From: a virus
Taxonomy: Duplodnaviria > Caudoviricetes
Length of the DNA: 46,198 nucleotides
IMG/VR virus record: IMGVR_UViG_3300046823_000135
Location: 1-46,198 of that record
Reading direction: 5' to 3' (one strand)
Made by a program: the position numbers and the translations under genes. Shown one piece after another: positions 43,873-46,198 of the stretch. The stretch's first letter is position 1. Each line of letters opens with the position of its first letter. Under the pieces are notes generated by a model, which was not told the DNA's origin, ran no database searches, and saw only the letters and a program-made list of their open reading frames with translations.

Positions 43873-44138
43873 GACTTCCAGCTCCTCATCTGTTGCTCAG
43901 CCGCAGCACCATGCCGCTCCATGGCGAGCAGCAGCAGCTTCTGCAGGTTCCTCGAGTCCAGGTTGCCGATGGCTCGAGTCGGAGCCTCGGCGAAGGCGAT
44001 GGCCTTCTCGTTCTTGTAGGTCCGCACGCCATCAGGAAAGATGTCTTCGGCGAACTGCACGGCACTCGTGTTGTGCAGGTAGTGCAGGATCGAGAGTGCG
44101 CCGAGCATCTGGTTGTTCTGTGCGAGGTCGAAGGTCAT
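43869..44138 (-). CDS. Hypothetical protein
   Basis: ATGA-coupled to the helicase. Confidence 0.7.
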   Translation of the reverse strand: MTFDLAQNNQMLGALSILHYLHNTSAVQFAEDIFPDGVRTYKNEKAIAFAEAPTRAIGNLDSRNLQKLLLLAMERHGAAAEQQMRSWKS

Positions 44139-46102
44139 AGGGCTTCCACGAGTTGTTGAACGGTTACGTTCCTGAGTGCCTGCTCCGCGTTCGCGTCCTT
44201 CGCACTCAACGCCTTGTCGATCATCTTCTCGATCGTGTTGTGCACGATCGGAATCTGCACGTTGACCGTGCCCTTGCTACCGATGCGGTGGCATCGAGCC
44301 TCGGCCTGAGCATTGATTGCGGGACTCCAGTCTCGGCCAAGGAACAGCACATCGCTCGCGCTGGTCAGGTTGAACCCCTCCGCCAGCTTCACCTGGCAGA
44401 GCATGATGCGCTTCTCCTTGCGGAAGAACGAGTCGAGGAGCAGCTGGCGGTCGAAGGTGTCCACTGAGCCGACGAGCAGCACCGCCAACTCCTCATACTT
44501 CTTCGCGAGCCAGAGCAGCGGCACGTTGAAGCGGCTGAACACCACCACCTGTCGGTCGGCGCCGGTGATCTCCTCGATCGCGTCGCAGAGCCACACCAGC
44601 TTGGGTGAGGTTGGGAACACCAACGCTCCTGGCATGCCGTCGACCTTCTCGGCGTGCTTCACCAGGAACCCTGCGTGCTTCTGAAGATAGGTCTCAGGGA
44701 TCCCACCGAGGAACCCCTGAGCAATCTGCTCGCAGCGCATAGCGGCCTCGACCGTCGACCGTGCTGCGGGCTGGAAGATGGTGGTGGTGCGATTGGTGCA
44801 CTCGCAGCTCTCGATGTCCTTGGGCGCGAGTGGATCGTTCGGGTCGTCGACTTCGTAGCTGCCCTTCCCATCGCACTTCGGGCAGCCAGGCAAACCGCTG
44901 AGCATCAGCTTCGCCAGCTCGACAACCGCATACTCCTTCATCGCCTTGTAGACCGAGAGATGTGCGTCCTCGAGCTCGATCAACGGCTTGGTGTAGATCT
45001 TCGGCGGCAGATCAAGCACGTCTTCTTTCTTCCGAGCGACGCGCATCGTGTTGAGCACCGCGTTCAGCTCGGCAACGTTCTTCGTGCCGCGCACGATGTT
45101 GACCGGCCGCTTGCGACCGTTGAAAGTCGTCGGCACGATCACTAGGTATCGGTTGCGGAAATCGTGAACGCTTGTCCAACTTCCAGGTCTGACGAACTCG
45201 CACTGCGTGAACAGATCCTCGATCGTGTTGCGCACCGGAGTGCCAGACAGCGCGAGCCTGAACTTCGCTTCGCTGAACAGCTCGAACACCGCTTCGGTTC
45301 GCGCTGCGTCGTGGCTCTTGATGTAGTGCGACTCGTCGAGGATCACGGCCTGCTCGTCGCACCACGCCTGCAGCAACGCTCGCTGCGGCACCGGCAGCAA
45401 CCGAAGGCTGTCGTAGTTGATGACCAGGACGGCTCGTTGGTTCTTCTTCTGGTCGAGGTGATGCGCCAGCGCAGCGAAGGTGTCTGCTCGAGCCGTTGGC
45501 GTCCCATCTACGACGAAGCACGGCAGCGCCTCGGGCGGCGCCAGGGTCACGGCCACCTCGGCTCGCCAGTTGAGCTTCACGCTCTTCGGGCAGACGACCA
45601 CCAAGCGCCTCCCTGCGGTCCACCACCACGACCATAGCGCCGTGGCTGTCTTGCCCAGGCCCATGTCGTCGTTGAGCAGGGCTTGGTTGTGGTGCGCCTC
45701 AAGCGCCTTGACGGCTTGCCACTGGTGCAGCATGGCCACGCGGCTCGTGAGCGCCTCGCCTTCGAAAAGGGCAATGGCGACCCGCTCCTCCCGACCCAGC
45801 GCCCGCTCCGCCTCCGTCAGGGTCGCCACACAGGCCTGCAGCTGCTCCCTGTCGGAGGGGTGGCACTGCACCGTCCAGGTCGACCGCAGCAGAGGCGCCA
45901 CGGTGTGGGGCCACAGGCGAGCCCGGTAGAGGGAGCAGGCCGAGCCGTCGGCCAGCTTCGCCCAGCCAGGCAGCCGCTTCCAGCCCGGCCACCCGCTGAC
46001 CGTGCGGTGCACCGCGTCGAGGCCCTTCGCCTGCCCGCCCCTCAAGTCGATCAGCTGACCTTTGAGGTCAGCTACGATCGTCACTTCAACGCGCTCGGTC
46101 AT
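44135..46102 (-). CDS. SNF2-family (DEAH-box) helicase/ATPase
   Basis: DDMGLGKT, ILDESH, LSGTP, EGFNLT, QAEARCHRIG. Confidence 0.93.
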   Translation of the reverse strand: MTERVEVTIVADLKGQLIDLRGGQAKGLDAVHRTVSGWPGWKRLPGWAKLADGSACSLYRARLWPHTVAPLLRSTWTVQCHPSDREQLQACVATLTEAERALGREERVAIALFEGEALTSRVAMLHQWQAVKALEAHHNQALLNDDMGLGKTATALWSWWWTAGRRLVVVCPKSVKLNWRAEVAVTLAPPEALPCFVVDGTPTARADTFAALAHHLDQKKNQRAVLVINYDSLRLLPVPQRALLQAWCDEQAVILDESHYIKSHDAARTEAVFELFSEAKFRLALSGTPVRNTIEDLFTQCEFVRPGSWTSVHDFRNRYLVIVPTTFNGRKRPVNIVRGTKNVAELNAVLNTMRVARKKEDVLDLPPKIYTKPLIELEDAHLSVYKAMKEYAVVELAKLMLSGLPGCPKCDGKGSYEVDDPNDPLAPKDIESCECTNRTTTIFQPAARSTVEAAMRCEQIAQGFLGGIPETYLQKHAGFLVKHAEKVDGMPGALVFPTSPKLVWLCDAIEEITGADRQVVVFSRFNVPLLWLAKKYEELAVLLVGSVDTFDRQLLLDSFFRKEKRIMLCQVKLAEGFNLTSASDVLFLGRDWSPAINAQAEARCHRIGSKGTVNVQIPIVHNTIEKMIDKALSAKDANAEQALRNVTVQQLVEAL

Positions 46103-46198
46103 GCTTGGATCCAGGCTCGCGCAGGGCTCAGTGCAACCGCACCAAGGTCAGCTCGCAAGCTGCGCGGAACTCAACACGAGCGTTGGGAAACTGTCAAG
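46102..46198. repeat. Direct terminal repeat, right copy (97 bp)
   Basis: Exact match to 1-97. Confidence 0.95.

Noticed and set aside
1-46198. Integrase, tRNA, intein or DNA polymerase
   Set aside because: No supporting motifs were seen by eye; absence should be confirmed with HMM and tRNAscan searches

Overview
This window is an apparently complete, circularly closed genome of about 46.1 kb from a GC-rich tailed phage with podovirus-type gene content; bases 1-97 are repeated at 46102-46198. It has three parts. (1) A leftward early/accessory arm (~600-3800) encodes a RadC-like JAB protein, a DUF932-family protein and several micro-proteins. (2) A rightward late arm (4341-35468) encodes an Acb2/Tad1-like protein, terminases, three glycosyltransferase-like genes between TerL and portal, portal, scaffold, major capsid, adaptor, an HNH endonuclease, an apparently split tail nozzle, a repeat tail fibre, ejection proteins (including a 1915-aa polyvalent protein) and a lipoprotein-rich end cassette with no recognisable endolysin. 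(3) A leftward replication arm (46102-35383) encodes an SNF2 helicase, HNH, SSB-like protein, a Zn-finger/TOPRIM primase fused to an MCM-type helicase, and a RecU-like resolvase. I saw no integrase, DNA polymerase, tRNA or CRISPR array. The best novelty candidates are the overlap-locked glycosyltransferase cassette in the head module, the primase-MCM fusion, the split nozzle, mirror-image leaderless divergent promoters and a structured non-coding region at 105-600. All family assignments come from motif recognition by eye, not database searches.
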